Source: Eledone cirrhosa (taxonomy: Eukaryota). Taken from it: a stretch of DNA of 64,000 nucleotides. Below are positions 51,736 through 64,000 of this stretch, one piece after another. The translations under genes were made by a program, and so were the position numbers. A model generated the notes under the pieces. The model did not search any database. It saw only the letters and a list, made by a program, of their open reading frames with translations, and had not been told where the DNA came from. Location: NCBI GenBank assembly GCA_964016885.1, contig OZ024744.1, positions 112,096,001 through 112,160,000 on the forward strand, given 5' to 3'. The first letter of the stretch is position 1, and each line of letters begins with the position of its first letter.

Positions 51736-53960
51736 CATGATGGCTGCAAACTCTGCCAAGAGTATTGCAATCGCTTGTCAGATTCAGATGTGAGATGCTC
51801 GGATATGGCTTTTCAAGCCTGCTAAAGACTTGCGCTCCTTCACACACTGACGACAACTATGGAGGTCCTGCATCAGGTTGCCCGTGAACCCTCACTACAC
51901 CATGGAGATCACAGTTCACTGGTTCTCTTTGAACATGGTTGCGACTGTGGCTCCTGAGACCAGATTTGCTCAAGCAAATTTTTCCACACTCAGGGCATTT
52001 CAATTCAATGGAGACACCGATTGTTTCGAAAGATACACCAGGGCATTGCTCACGCACAACCCGTTTGATCCTCTCGTGCTCTATGCGTCTGTCCTCAAAA
52101 TTATGGACCCCATCATTTACCTTTCCACGCCAAGTTTCTCTTTCAAGAGCCTCTATCTCCCAGTTAGCCATCATCAAACCAGTTTTTTCAATGAGTCTTT
52201 TACACAATCCTTGAATCGGAGCCTTGGCTTGTGAGGTGGTCTCTTACCCTCACAAAGCTCGCCATACAAGAGTTGTTTTGGGATTTTGATCATCCTCCAT
52301 TCTGCAGAGGTGTCCGGTCCATCGCAAAGGCCGTTGGTGGATGATACTCTCAATGCTCCGACATTCACTTCTCTCAAGGACCTCAACATCACTCACATGT
52401 ATCTGCCACTTGATACCGAGCATCTTTCTGAGACACTGCTGGTGAAACCGTTCCAGTCTGTGGATATGCCGTTTGTAGGCAACCCATGTCTCACACGCAT
52501 ACAGCAAAGCTGACAGTACACATGCAGCATACACTCTCACCTTGGTCCTCATTGTGATTCCTCGCCTGCACCAAAGATGGTCGTTGAGCCTTCCAAATGA
52601 CTCACTTGCCTTACTAACACGTAGACCAACTTCTGCACCCAGAGAGCAGGCCACACTCAGTGTACTCCCCAAATACACAAATCTGTCAGCAGCCTTCAGC
52701 TTTTGACCGTATACGTATTTGGAAGGTTCATTGAAAACTTTATCCGGAGCAGGTTGGTACATGTCGACAGTCTTCTTCAGACTGATTGTCAGTCCCAAAG
52801 TACTGCACGTATTGGAAAAAGAATCCATAAAGTATTGCATGTTATTCTGGGATGGAATCCCAGATGGGATGATGCAAAGAGATCACAATCATCTGCATAT
52901 AAAAATTCTCTGATCAAAGTACTTGGTACCTTAGTGTTGGCAGTGAGACGCCTAAGGTTAAACAGCCTTCCGGAAGTGCAATATCTGAGATAGATACCGT
53001 GTTGACAATCCTTGAAGGCCATGAAGAACACCATTGCGAAATACAAGGCAAACAAAGTCGGTGCAGGTATATCACCCTGCTTGACACCATTTTCAACCGA
53101 GATTGGCTCAGACAGTTTACCTCCAACATTCACCCATGCCTGCATGTCATCGTGGAAGAGTTTCAGAATGTTCACAAACTTTTCAGGACAGCCTAATCTC
53201 TCCAAAATAACCCACAAAGCCTTCCGATTAACGGTGTCAAATGCCTTGGTCAGATCGACAAAAACTTGGTATAAGTCCATGCGCTGCTCAATGCATTTCT
53301 CTTGAAATTGTTTGGCTGAGAAGACCATGTCAACAGTGCCTCTGTCATTCCTAAAGCCACATTGGGACTCAGGAAGTACTTCAACAGCAATATGCTGTAT
53401 CAATCTGTCCAACAAAATCCTGCACAAGATCTTCCCAGCCACAGATAGCAGTGAAATACCTCTGTAGTTGCTACAGTCATCTTTGGCTCCCTTTCCTTTG
53501 TAAAGTACCACCATCAGTGCATCTTTCCAATCCTGTGGCACATCTTCTTCATTCCAAACATTCAAAAAGAGATCAGTGAGGCGGTTTAAGAAGTTATCAC
53601 CAACACACTTGAAAATCTCGGCACTCAGTCCATCCATTCCAGGTGACTTGCCACTGTTTAATTTGGCAATGGCCTTCGCCACCTCATCAAATGAAGGAGG
53701 ATCAGCCATTGCCAGCTTTGTAGGTCTGGATGGAATCGACCGGATGAACTCATCATCAATTTCTGATAGTCTGTTGAGAAGCTCATCAAAGTAGTCATGC
53801 CACCTGATCAGGATTTCCTTCGGATCTCTGAGCAATTCCTTGCAGTCCCCGGAGCGAAGTGGTGATATTTGTGAACCGGTCGGACCATACACCTCCCTGA
53901 GCAGACTGTATAGGAGCTTTGTATCATGTCTATCTGAGGCCTTCTGGATTTCATCAGCCT
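51736..53960 (-). mobile_element. RTE-1/BovB-like LINE, 5'-truncated, few disruptions
   Basis: ORFs 53892-52789, 52840-52250 and 52207-51857: KSPGMDG, NYRGISLLS, PESQCGFR, FVDLTKAFDTV, GVKQG, LYADD, FVYLGS, CPECGKICLSKSGLRSH; (TATG)n tail. Confidence 0.92.
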
Positions 53961-54036
53961 ACATACATACATACATATATATATATACATACATATATAA
54001 ACACATACATACATATATATATATATACATACACAG

Positions 54037-54073
<37 letters not shown>

Positions 54074-54134
54074 TACACACACATATATATATACACATAT
54101 ATATACACACACATATATATATATATATACACAC

Positions 54135-54290
54135 ATGGAGGCACATGGCTTAGTGGTTAGAGCATTGGCCTTGCAATCGAAAGGTTGTGAGTTCAATTCT
54201 CAGACTGGGTGATGTGCTGTTTCCTTGAGCAAGACACTTTATTTCACATTGCTCCAGTTTACTCAGCTGTAGAAATGAGATGATAGGGAA
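54135..54290 (+). mobile_element. tRNA-derived SINE (CORE/V-like)
   Basis: A box tggcttagtggt, B box gagttcaattc; same family as 2878-3040. Confidence 0.8.
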
Positions 54291-54311
54291 TGGGGTACGG
54301 TTTATATATTG

Positions 54312-54377
54312 TATTTTGTCTGAGGAAGGCATACCATATTTTTAATATGATATCCCTGAAATATATATAATGAAATA
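54312..54377 (+). ncRNA. Type I hammerhead ribozyme (solo copy of the 24681 family)
   Basis: tattttgt CTGAGGA agg...cct GAAA tatata TA atgaaata. Confidence 0.75.
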
Positions 54378-54539
54378 AATATGGTTTTATAAATATAGTT
54401 TCCATTTATTTAGTATCGTATATATAATATATATATATATATATTAACCAATGAAGTGTATATATATATATATATACGCACACTTCATTGGTTAATGTGT
54501 TTTGGTGAGTTTGTTATTGCCTGATTGATTTGTTCATTT

Positions 54540-54712
<173 letters not shown>

Positions 54713-55343
54713 TATGAAGTGTGAAGTTGAGTGAGTAGCCTGCTGGTCAGTAATGGCCAGTGAGTGAAGTGTGACTCTGTGATTGGAGAGAAGCTTTGCC
54801 ATTGCTCAAGGAAAGAACAAGTTGTACCTGTTGTGGTGTAAAGTGATATCAACATGGGGAAGATGATTTTTCCCATATCACATGGATGAGAATTAACAAA
54901 TGGAGAACACATTTCTAATATCAATGTTTTTATTTGTAACATGGTTTACTTTGAAATCATGTGTGCAGCAATGAACAAGAAAAAGAATATATGTATAGTT
55001 GTAGTATGTTATATGTGTAAATGTCATCATGTTTAACTGGCCTCTGTTGGTAACTTTCTCAACTAGTGTCAACTCCAGCAAGGCTGGCTAACGAGTGTGT
55101 GTGACTGAATATGTCACTACATTGCATGTTTGAAAGAACAAACTGTCTCTCTCTCAGAGAGTCAAGATGATGTATACTGGAAATGTATCTATTGTTCTCC
55201 TACATACAATAGACACCATAAAGCCTTCCACTAGAGAATGTTGTCTAAATTTGTAGCTCTGAGGTCATAGGTCAGTATTAAGTTGGTGTGTGTGTGCAGC
55301 AGACTAAGAAAATCTTAGTGGGAAAATGTGTTGAGATTTTGCT

Positions 55344-55419
<76 letters not shown>

Positions 55420-55599
55420 GCATATAAATATATCATCATGATCATCATCTAGTCAAGCTTGCTGGAACAGTTTGTCTTTCGGTGGCTGCAGCTAATAAGG
55501 GACTCCCCACACCTCCTTATAGTATTTTTGTGATACCATCACTAGACAGGTTGACACGTTTACAACAAACGAAACTTGTCTGGGAATGAAATAGATACA

Positions 55600-58558
55600 A
55601 ACATATTGAGATCTCAATCAAATTAATCTAAAGTCATTTTGAAACATTTCGCTATATATTTTCTCCAAATATTGGTCAAACAAATCAACAAGAACTACAA
55701 CAGCAACATCAAACGAAAAAAAAAAAACTCAACAGGAAGAACCACTCCTCAATTTCAGTACAACAGAAGATTTACTGACATTGTGATCAGTCCTTCACCT
55801 CCAGGTACCCATTCACCACAATTACTGAATATGTTAAGAGACAAACCACAGCAACCACCACAATTGCTATCATATACTGCTTCTACTATTAACATTTCTA
55901 CCACCTCAACTAATAATAAACCACTGCTTTCTTCCCCTACATCTCCACCTCACTCCTACAGTACTCTAAAAAAAACCTGTCAAAATCTATGAAGCAGAAT
56001 GCGCTCCCCACGGCACAAGCAAGATACCCCAAAATGTGCCGTCATTCTCTATATAAGAGGCTCTGCACATGTAGTGACTGCATCTTCACACATCTATCTG
56101 GGAAGAGTAACACAATTCATAGGAACACTACCAGCCAAAACCACAGCACACATCCCTAAATTGAATGCCAAAACAAGTGTAACTCGGAATCCTAAAATCT
56201 GCTGGTATTTCCAACATAAGAGATTAAGATTGCAGTGTGACTGTTCGTCTTCATCTTCCAGGGACTCAAAGCGAACACCTAACCCACAGTAAAATCACTC
56301 CCTGCTGCAGTAATGCTGGTCCAGATTTTTCACAAAAGTACAAAAACACAACCAAAAGTAGAAACTACAACCCTATCCAACAGGGCAACCACACTTCCAG
56401 TCAAAAACTGCTCCCTAAACAAGAAAACTCTTTTTTTAGCAATGATGAACCTGGTAAAAGGGATAAAAATATTTCTAGCAATTACACAACGTCAGCCTCT
56501 GCTATTACCCCAGAGCACCAGTTCCCCTATTGCTGTCACTAACAAACACAAAACAAGACTACTGAACAGTCAAAAACAGCCACTACACTAACCTCCACAT
56601 TTTTACTCAATGAACAATGTCTCAGCCCTTCCATCAAGACACAGAAACGGAAGGTCCAATTCATTGACGATTAGGTTGACAACCATCCACTCCACATCCC
56701 TTTCTTCCTCTTAAATGAGGCCCAACTCAACAACTGCCTCTTGGAATCTGAAGTGAATGTGAGAAATTTCACAACTATTCGTGTGGATTGTAATCGGTAG
56801 AAGGAAGGGTAGAACTGCCATTTTCCTGCATGATTCTTTTACGGCAGATGGAAATATCATATTCTCAAATGGCTTCTGTGAATCACTCACCATGTACAAC
56901 AAAGCCAATGATATGATGGTAGTTGGGCTCTATAGGCCACCCCAAACGCCCATACTACACTTTAAATGTTTTATACAACAGTGCCATTCTGGTAACATAC
57001 TTTTGATGGGAGACTTTAATCTACCCTGTGTTGATTGGTCTACAAACAGTTTGAAACCAGGCATTCCCAGCTCAACCACTGACAAAGAATTCTTGACTTT
57101 ATGGATAAGTTTTTCAACTCCCAACTTATCCCTGCACTAACATGATATCAGAACATTTTGGACCTAGTGTTTAGTAACCACACTAACGCTATACATAATA
57201 TTACATTGAAAAAAAAACCCTTCCCTTAGACCACAACGTGGTTCTCTGTAACCTGAGATTCCACCAGCTGAAAGCTAATCCTAGTGACCTCTCTCCAGCC
57301 CACCCATTTGATAATATGGATCTCTATAATGCCAACTGGGATGCAATCATGAACGAGCTATCACATGTTGACTGGTCTTTCACACACGCACTCATTTCCA
57401 CCAACATAAAAACATCTTGGCAGATCTTTGTAGACACTGTCACAAACATATGTGCAAAACACACTCCACCAAGACCTGTGAACAAAACTAAGTGCAGTAT
57501 CCCCCAAAACAAAAACTATTATCAGAACAAACAAAAAAATTAACACACTATAATACTGCCTACAGCAAAACCCAAATTTGATGGCTATCGCACTGCTTGA
57601 ATAAAAAAAAACATAACCTACAAAACAGCATGAAGACCATCACCAATAACCAAAGAACAACTGAGGAGAAGTGGGCCATTGAGAAAATCAAACTCAGCCT
57701 CAAAGTGTTCTTTTCATTTGTGAAAAAACACAAGGTCAATGCCTCCACTGTTGGCCCTCTAGTTGATGAAAATGGTACACTCTAAGATAATGCAAAAACC
57801 ATGGGCGAGATATTGCAGAAATAATACTGCTCTGTTTTCAGCAATCCTGATATGGCCGATCTGGGCCGTATCAGTGATGTTAACCCCCAACACACTATAT
57901 CGGACATAACGTTTGGCACCCCTGATGTCTTAGCGGCAATAAACAAAGTTAAACACAATTCAGCAGTAGGCCCCGATAGGAAGGGGTGTTGACACCAACT
58001 TGTATCTCCTCTAGCTAATCTGTGGAAGAACTCACTGAATGCCGGAAAATTTCTGTCGCAGTCTGTTGTCCCGGTTTTCAAAAAAGGAAACAAGTCCCTT
58101 GCAGTGAACTACCATCTGATCTGACTCACCTCTCATATCATCAAGGTATTTGAGAGGGTGGTGAGATCACAAATAACCCACTTTCTTGAAAGCAACAAAC
58201 TGCTGAACTCCAACCAACATAGGTTCTGTAATGGAAGGGACTGCTTAATGCAGCTCCTGCATCATTTTGATGATATTTTGAGAGCTTTGGGAAATGGCTC
58301 CAACACTGATGTCATCTACCTTGATTTCAGCAAGGCCTTTGACAGGGTTGATCATAAGATTCTATTGAAAAACTATCCAATATTGGTGTCTCTGGAAAGT
58401 TACTACAGTGGATGAAGTGTTTCCTGACAGACAGAGCCCAACATGTTGTAGTTGAAGGAGTAAAATCAAGCCCAGCCAAAGTCAGCAGTGGTGTCCCACA
58501 AGGCACTGTGTTGGGCCCACTTCTCTTCATTATCTACATCAAAAACATTATTGATGTC
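55600..58558 (+). mobile_element. Decayed CR1/L2-group LINE (ORF1 remnant, APE, RT), 3'-truncated
   Basis: VGLYRPP, LMGDFNLPCVDW, NILDLVF, DHNVV, VVPVFKKG, YLDFSKAFDRVDH, SGVPQGTVLGPLLFIIYI; many stops and frameshifts; 5' boundary uncertain. Confidence 0.85.
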
Positions 58559-59205
58559 ATCATCATCATATGTGTGTGTGTGTATATATATTGGAAAATG
58601 TGTGAGATCCTTGGTACAGTTAGGTATATTTGAAAAAGGAAAAGAATGACTTCACTTGAAGTTGGTATTCTATAACAATTTAATTTTATAATTTTGCTAT
58701 GTAGATCTAATATGTCCTTTGTTAACATCAGTGGAAAGTTTTTCTTAAAAATCCTGGTTAACTTTCTGGTGATTGTCAAATGGAAATCAAGTCATGTTTT
58801 GTAAGTGTATATATAAAGAATCTGGGTGTGTGTCAGGGGAAGTGTTAATGGGGTGTCATCCTTTAATGAGAAGAAAAACAAAGAGAAAAATCAAGATGAT
58901 TGATTGAGAGTGGAGTTGGGAGGTGTTGGGGGTGAGGGAGCTGATGTGATGGTCAGATTTACTCCCTGAAATGATTTTGGTGAAGAAATAAGACAAAAAT
59001 CAAAGTATAAAACAAAGTTAATTAGTGTTTAACCCTTTCGGCCAGAATTCTCTACCTCTTTCTGTTGAAACTGGCTGTAACTGGTCACACAAACTGATGT
59101 TAAGGTATTGTTCTCAAAATAAATACTTTCAAAATCTCATAGATTCGATATTATGTGAGATAATTATGCAAGGTAAAGCCTTTACCATGAAAATATAATA
59201 GTATA

Positions 59206-60517
59206 CGAGGGGGATCAAAAAGTTCGCGGAATTTTATCGTAGGAAGAAAAAAAATCAGGTTAAAACAATATTAAACATGTCAGAACATTGTCACTGGGTG
59301 TTTACCTTGCTATTAGTCACTTGCAGTCAGTTATGCGCGGACTATTGTACAGTACTGACACTCTTTAAAAAACCTCTTTTTAGAACAATGGAAAATAGTT
59401 ATTTTGAGATAAGATCGAATATCAAGTTTCTGGTGAAACTCAAATGGAAAGGGACACAGATTATGGAGGCTTTATTTAAAGTTTACGGTACTACTGCTCC
59501 AAAGAAAACTGCTGTCTACAAGTGGATTCAGCGATTCAAACAAGGGAGAGATGACCTTGAAGACGACCATCTCAATGGAAGACCAGGAACATAAAAAAAA
59601 TGACCAAAACGTTGAGGCTGCTCAGACTTTAATTGAAGATCGAAGAATAACAGTTAATCAGTTAGCTAAGTCCCTAGACATTTCATATGGTTCGGTAAAT
59701 TCAATTCTGCATGATAATTTGGGACTAAGCAAGCTTTCAGCACAATGGGTCCCAAAAGCATTGCGCCCTGATCAGCTGATTCTTCGAAGTGATCTGTCTT
59801 TGGCGATATTAAACAAAATTGAAGTTGATGAAGAGCATTTCCTGACCAGAATCATCACTGGAGATGAAACCTGGATCTACCAGTATGATCCTGAATCCAA
59901 ACAGCAGTCAAAACAGTGGCTTCCACGTGGATCATCGGGGTCAATCAAGTTCAAATCTCAAAAGTCGGGTCAAAAAGTGATGGCCACCATTTTCTGGGAT
60001 TCAGATGGGGTGATACTAATAGATCATCTTGAAGGTCAAAGAACTGTGACAGGAGCTTACTATGCAAATGTTTTAAGGAAGCTGAAAGAGGCATTAGTCA
60101 AGAAACGAAAAGGGAAACTTCATGGTGGGATCTTGTTTGACCATGACAATGCACCAGCACATTCTGCGCAGGTTGTAAAAGAAGCTCTTTGAGAATTTCG
60201 ATGGGAAGTGCTTCCTCACCCGCCTTATAGTCGAGATTTAGCCCCATCAGACTTTTTCCTCTTTCCAAAACTCAAAGAAATGCTAAAAGGAACCCGTTTT
60301 ACTGGTGTTGAAGAAGCTAAAAACACTGCCAACACATGGCTTTGAACAAGGCCTTCAACTTTCTTTAGAGACGCCTTACGAAGCTGGAAGCATCGCCTTG
60401 TGAAGTGTATTGATCTGGATGGCAACTATGTAGAAAAATAAATTGAAGGTAAATCATATTTTTTGAAAAACTAGATTATTTTCTGAAAAATTCCGCAAAC
60501 CTTTTGATCCCCCCTCG
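59206..60517 (+). mobile_element. Full-length mariner (Tc1/mariner, probably irritans/Hsmar2-like), 1312 bp
   Basis: TA-flanked TIRs cgagggggatcaaaaagttcgcggaatttt / aaaattccgcaaaccttttgatcccccctcg. Confidence 0.92.
59388..60441 (+). pseudogene. Mariner DD34D transposase pseudogene
   Basis: WVPKAL, TGDETW, HDNAPAH, PPYSRDLAPSDF; frameshift near 59595 and TGA stops at about 60190 and 60343. Confidence 0.92.
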
Positions 60518-61442
60518 TATATATAGAGTAATGTGAATGCTAAAGGGTTAAATGTTTGTTGAGAGCAGTATGTTGTTGTTGGTTTGGAAGGCGTGGTGAA
60601 AATTCCCTCATATAGGTCAGATTTCCCGGAAATGGTGAAGGAATAAGATAAAGTATAAAATATAGAATAAAGGGAGAAGAAGAAATATACAGAAATTGGG
60701 TGTGTCTGGGGAAGAGGTAATGAGGTATATGTCTTTTGATGAAAAGAAATTGAAAACAAAAAGAAAAATAAGATGATTAATTGAAGGTGGTATTAGGTGT
60801 TTGGGGGACATAATGGTCAGATTTTCCTAAATATACTTCGGTGAGGAAATAAGATAAAAGTGAAAATATATAAACAAAGCTAGTGAGTGTTGACATTTTT
60901 GTTGAGAGAGAGTTATGTTGTTGTTGTGGAAGGGGTGGTTAAAATATCCCCACATTCAAACCTCCCTATATATAAACATACAGACACATATGTATACACA
61001 TCTATACATACACACACACTCACCTACATACATATAAACGACGAGTGTATCCTTAGAGTGTATCTCAGTGTGTTGACCCTCCTGAATTACTGGTACAAAT
61101 GTGAAATAAACTACCTGGTTCGAGAATTGAAATCTTGATCTTGTCATCGTGAGTAGAATACCCCAACCACCAAGCCACGTGCCATCACACTTATAAACAT
61201 ACATGTACACACAAACATGTGCATATATATGTGTGTATACACATCCATACATACATTTATATACATGCATGTGTACACATAGATACATATACAGATATAA
61301 ACATATACATATGTACATATGCGAACACACTAGATGTACCTATATTGACATACACACATATACATATAGATTCATACAGGTGCATACATACACACATACA
61401 TACATACACACATACATATACATACAAACATACATATATATA

Positions 61443-62010
61443 CATGGTGGCTGCCAACTCGTTTTCGAGTACGGCCACTACTTTATATATCCATGTAGGA
61501 GAACCCCTACCGATGCGCTGAACAAGTGTGACTTTTTAGTCCAGCCAGAGACTTGAAAACTCTGGTATAAACACTACACCTGTGACAATTATTGACACAT
61601 AGTGCTGGGCCCATGGTACCACGTGATGACAAGTGCAGAGAGATCTCCAGATATAAAGCAATGCCTGTGCCTTGAAGCTTTTATAGTGAGCAAAGGCACT
61701 GCACAAAGCCAGTCCCACTCTCTTAACCAAGATGATATTTACCAAAAAGAACAAGTCAACATCATTGGATACCATCAGGGTTGCATGTGTTATATCAGAG
61801 TTTTCCTTCTCCTAAAATTCTGCCTTGACAAAAGCTAAGGGGTCATCTCTTCCAGTGATTTTGGATGGCCATTGACTCTTAAGAGCTCCTTTGCCCTTTG
61901 ACAGGTTTTGTTTTTAGTCCTGCAGGATGTCCAAAGTCACCCTCCTCACCAAGAAACCTTGGTGGGGTTGCCAGTTTAGTTGCCAACGACCCGACCATGG
62001 GACAGGTTGT
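61443..62010 (-). mobile_element. RTE-derived composite (3' end 61443-61590 joined to 5'-region repeats 61655-62010)
   Basis: Homology to 37010-37160, 51520-51715 and 14430-14625. Confidence 0.55.
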
Positions 62011-62243
62011 CATACATACATACATACATACATACACACATACACACATACATACACACACATATACACATACAAACATACATATATACACACATACATA
62101 CATACACACATACACACACACACTTACATACACATGCACACACATACATACGCACATACATACATACACACATATACATACACACATACATACATATACA
62201 CACACACAAATACATACATATACACACACAAATACATACATAT

Positions 62244-62276
<33 letters not shown>

Positions 62277-62619
62277 CATACACACATAATGCATACATAC
62301 ACACATGTACATATAGATTCATACAGGTGCATACATATTTAATAAAGAGTAGTTTTAGTTGTCATTGTTAGATGAGGTAACGAGGTTATTAGAAGAAATA
62401 ACAAGAATAGCTGATTTACTTCATATAAAAAGGTTTACTTCACTTCAGTCAAAAAGAACAATAATCAAGTTACCACGAGCAACGAAGGTTGACAATGTTA
62501 TTTTGTGGTTGATATGAAAACAGCGAGCGACTAGATAAAGTTTGTTGGTGGTTGCAGTCCGTGGTAGTAGTTCTCGTCGTAAGTCCGAGACCGAGAGAGA
62601 GAGTAATGGTTTGTAGTTG

Positions 62620-64000
62620 ACTGTAGACCACTGTGGCCTGAAGGTAGCGGTGATCTTTACATAGCTTGTTGCTAGCGTACTGCTCCTATCTCTCTGTATA
62701 TCTGTAGACCACTGTGGCCTGAAGGTAGCGGTGATCTTTACATAGCTTGTAATAGCGTACTGCTCCTATCTCTCTGTATGTCTGTAGACCTCTGTGGCCA
62801 GTAGATAGTGGTGAATCTTTCACATAGCTTGTAATAGCGTACTGCTCCTATCTCTCTGTATGTCTGTAGACCTCTGTGGCCAGTAGATAGTGGTGAATCT
62901 TTCACATAGCTTGTAATAGCGTACTGCTCCTATCTCTCTGTATGTCTGTAGACCTCTGTGGCCTGTAGATAGCAGTGAATCTTTCACATAGCTTGTTGCT
63001 AGCGTACTGCTCCTATCTCTCTGTATGTCTGTAGACCTCTGGGGCCTGTAGATAGGGGTGAATCTTTCACATAGCTTGTAATAGCGTACTGCTCCTATCT
63101 CTCTGTATGTCTGTAGACCTCTGTCGCCTGTAGATAGCAGTGAATCTTTCACATAGCTTGTAATAGCGTACTGCTCCTATCTCTCTGTATGTCTGTAGAC
63201 CTCTGTGGCCTGTAGAAAGCGGTGAACCTTTCACATAGCTTGTAATAGCGTACTGCTCCCATCTCTCTGTATGACTGTACACCTCTGTGGCCTGTAGATA
63301 GGGGTGAATCTTTCACATAGCTTGTAATAGCGTACTGCTCCTATCTCTCTGTATGACTGTAGACCTCTGTGGCTTGTAGATAGCAGTGAATCTTTCACAT
63401 AGCTTGTAATAGCGTACTGCTCCTATCTCTCTGTATGTCTGTAGACCTCTGTCGCCTGTAGATAGCAGTGAATCTTTCACATAGCTTGTAATAGCGTACT
63501 GCTCCTATCTCTCTGTATGTCTGTAGACCTCTGTGGCCTGTAGATAGCGGTGAGTCTTTCACATAGCTTGTAATAGCGTACTGCTCCTATCTCTCTGTAT
63601 GTCTGTAGACCTCTGTGGTCTGTAGATAGCAGTGAATCTTTCACATAGCTTGTAATAGCGTACTGCTCCTATCTCTCTGTATGTCTGTAGACCTCTGTGG
63701 TCTGTAGATAGCAGTGAATCTTTCACATAGCTTGTAATAGCGTACTGCTCCTATCTCTCTGTATGTCTGTAGACCTCTGTGGCCTGTATATAGCAGTGAA
63801 TCTTTCACATAGCTTGTAATAGCGTACTGCTCCTATCTCTCTGTATGTCTGTAGACCTCTGTGGCCTGTATATAGCAGTGAATCTTTCACATAGCTTGTA
63901 ATAGCGTACTGCTCCTATCTCTCTGTATGTCTGTAGACCTCTGTGGTCTGTAGATAGCAGTGAATCTTTCACATAGCTTGTAATAGCGTACTGCTCCTAT
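62620..64000 (+). repeat. 82-bp tandem repeat, about 17 copies, runs off the window end
   Basis: Unit tgctcctatctctctgtatgtctgtagacctctgtggcctgtagatagcagtgaatctttcacatagcttgtaatagcgtac at 62761, 62843 and onward. Confidence 0.95.

Noticed and set aside
54135-54210. tRNA-like sequence
   Set aside because: Continues into a SINE body, is multicopy with a shared 3' extension, and has no convincing acceptor stem.
59277-60441. Domesticated SETMAR-like gene
   Set aside because: No SET domain, TIRs intact, transposase has a frameshift and stops.

Overview
Repeat-saturated animal genomic DNA, very likely from an octopus or other coleoid cephalopod (inferred from the SINE families, the extreme (TA)n/(CA)n/(AAT)n load and the LINE spectrum). 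Almost all long ORFs in the track are microsatellite artefacts. Real coding signal is mostly decayed mobile elements: R4/Dong-type RLE retrotransposon ends, a Tx1/L1 remnant, several RTE LINEs, a CR1-like LINE, a 5'-truncated Penelope-like (Neptune-type) element with an open RT-GIY-YIG ORF, an irritans-type mariner and MITEs. There is one good host exon (18526-19185, minus strand) and one weaker candidate first exon (30002-30046). The most interesting signal is RNA-level. At least ten type I hammerhead ribozymes sit in small Penelope pseudo-LTR relics in (TA)n tracts, including a U3-A8 core variant. Many relics are asymmetric palindromes. Their long arm carries a covarying hairpin with a 2-nt bulge (RCTC-stem-loop-stem-TH-GAGYRC) shared by six or seven sequence-divergent families. 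Short arms and solo copies end about 2-9 nt upstream of that hairpin, which suggests a conserved cis-element marking the reverse-transcription start. Several minisatellites grew directly out of LINE or SINE 3' regions. All structures were folded by eye and need computational confirmation.
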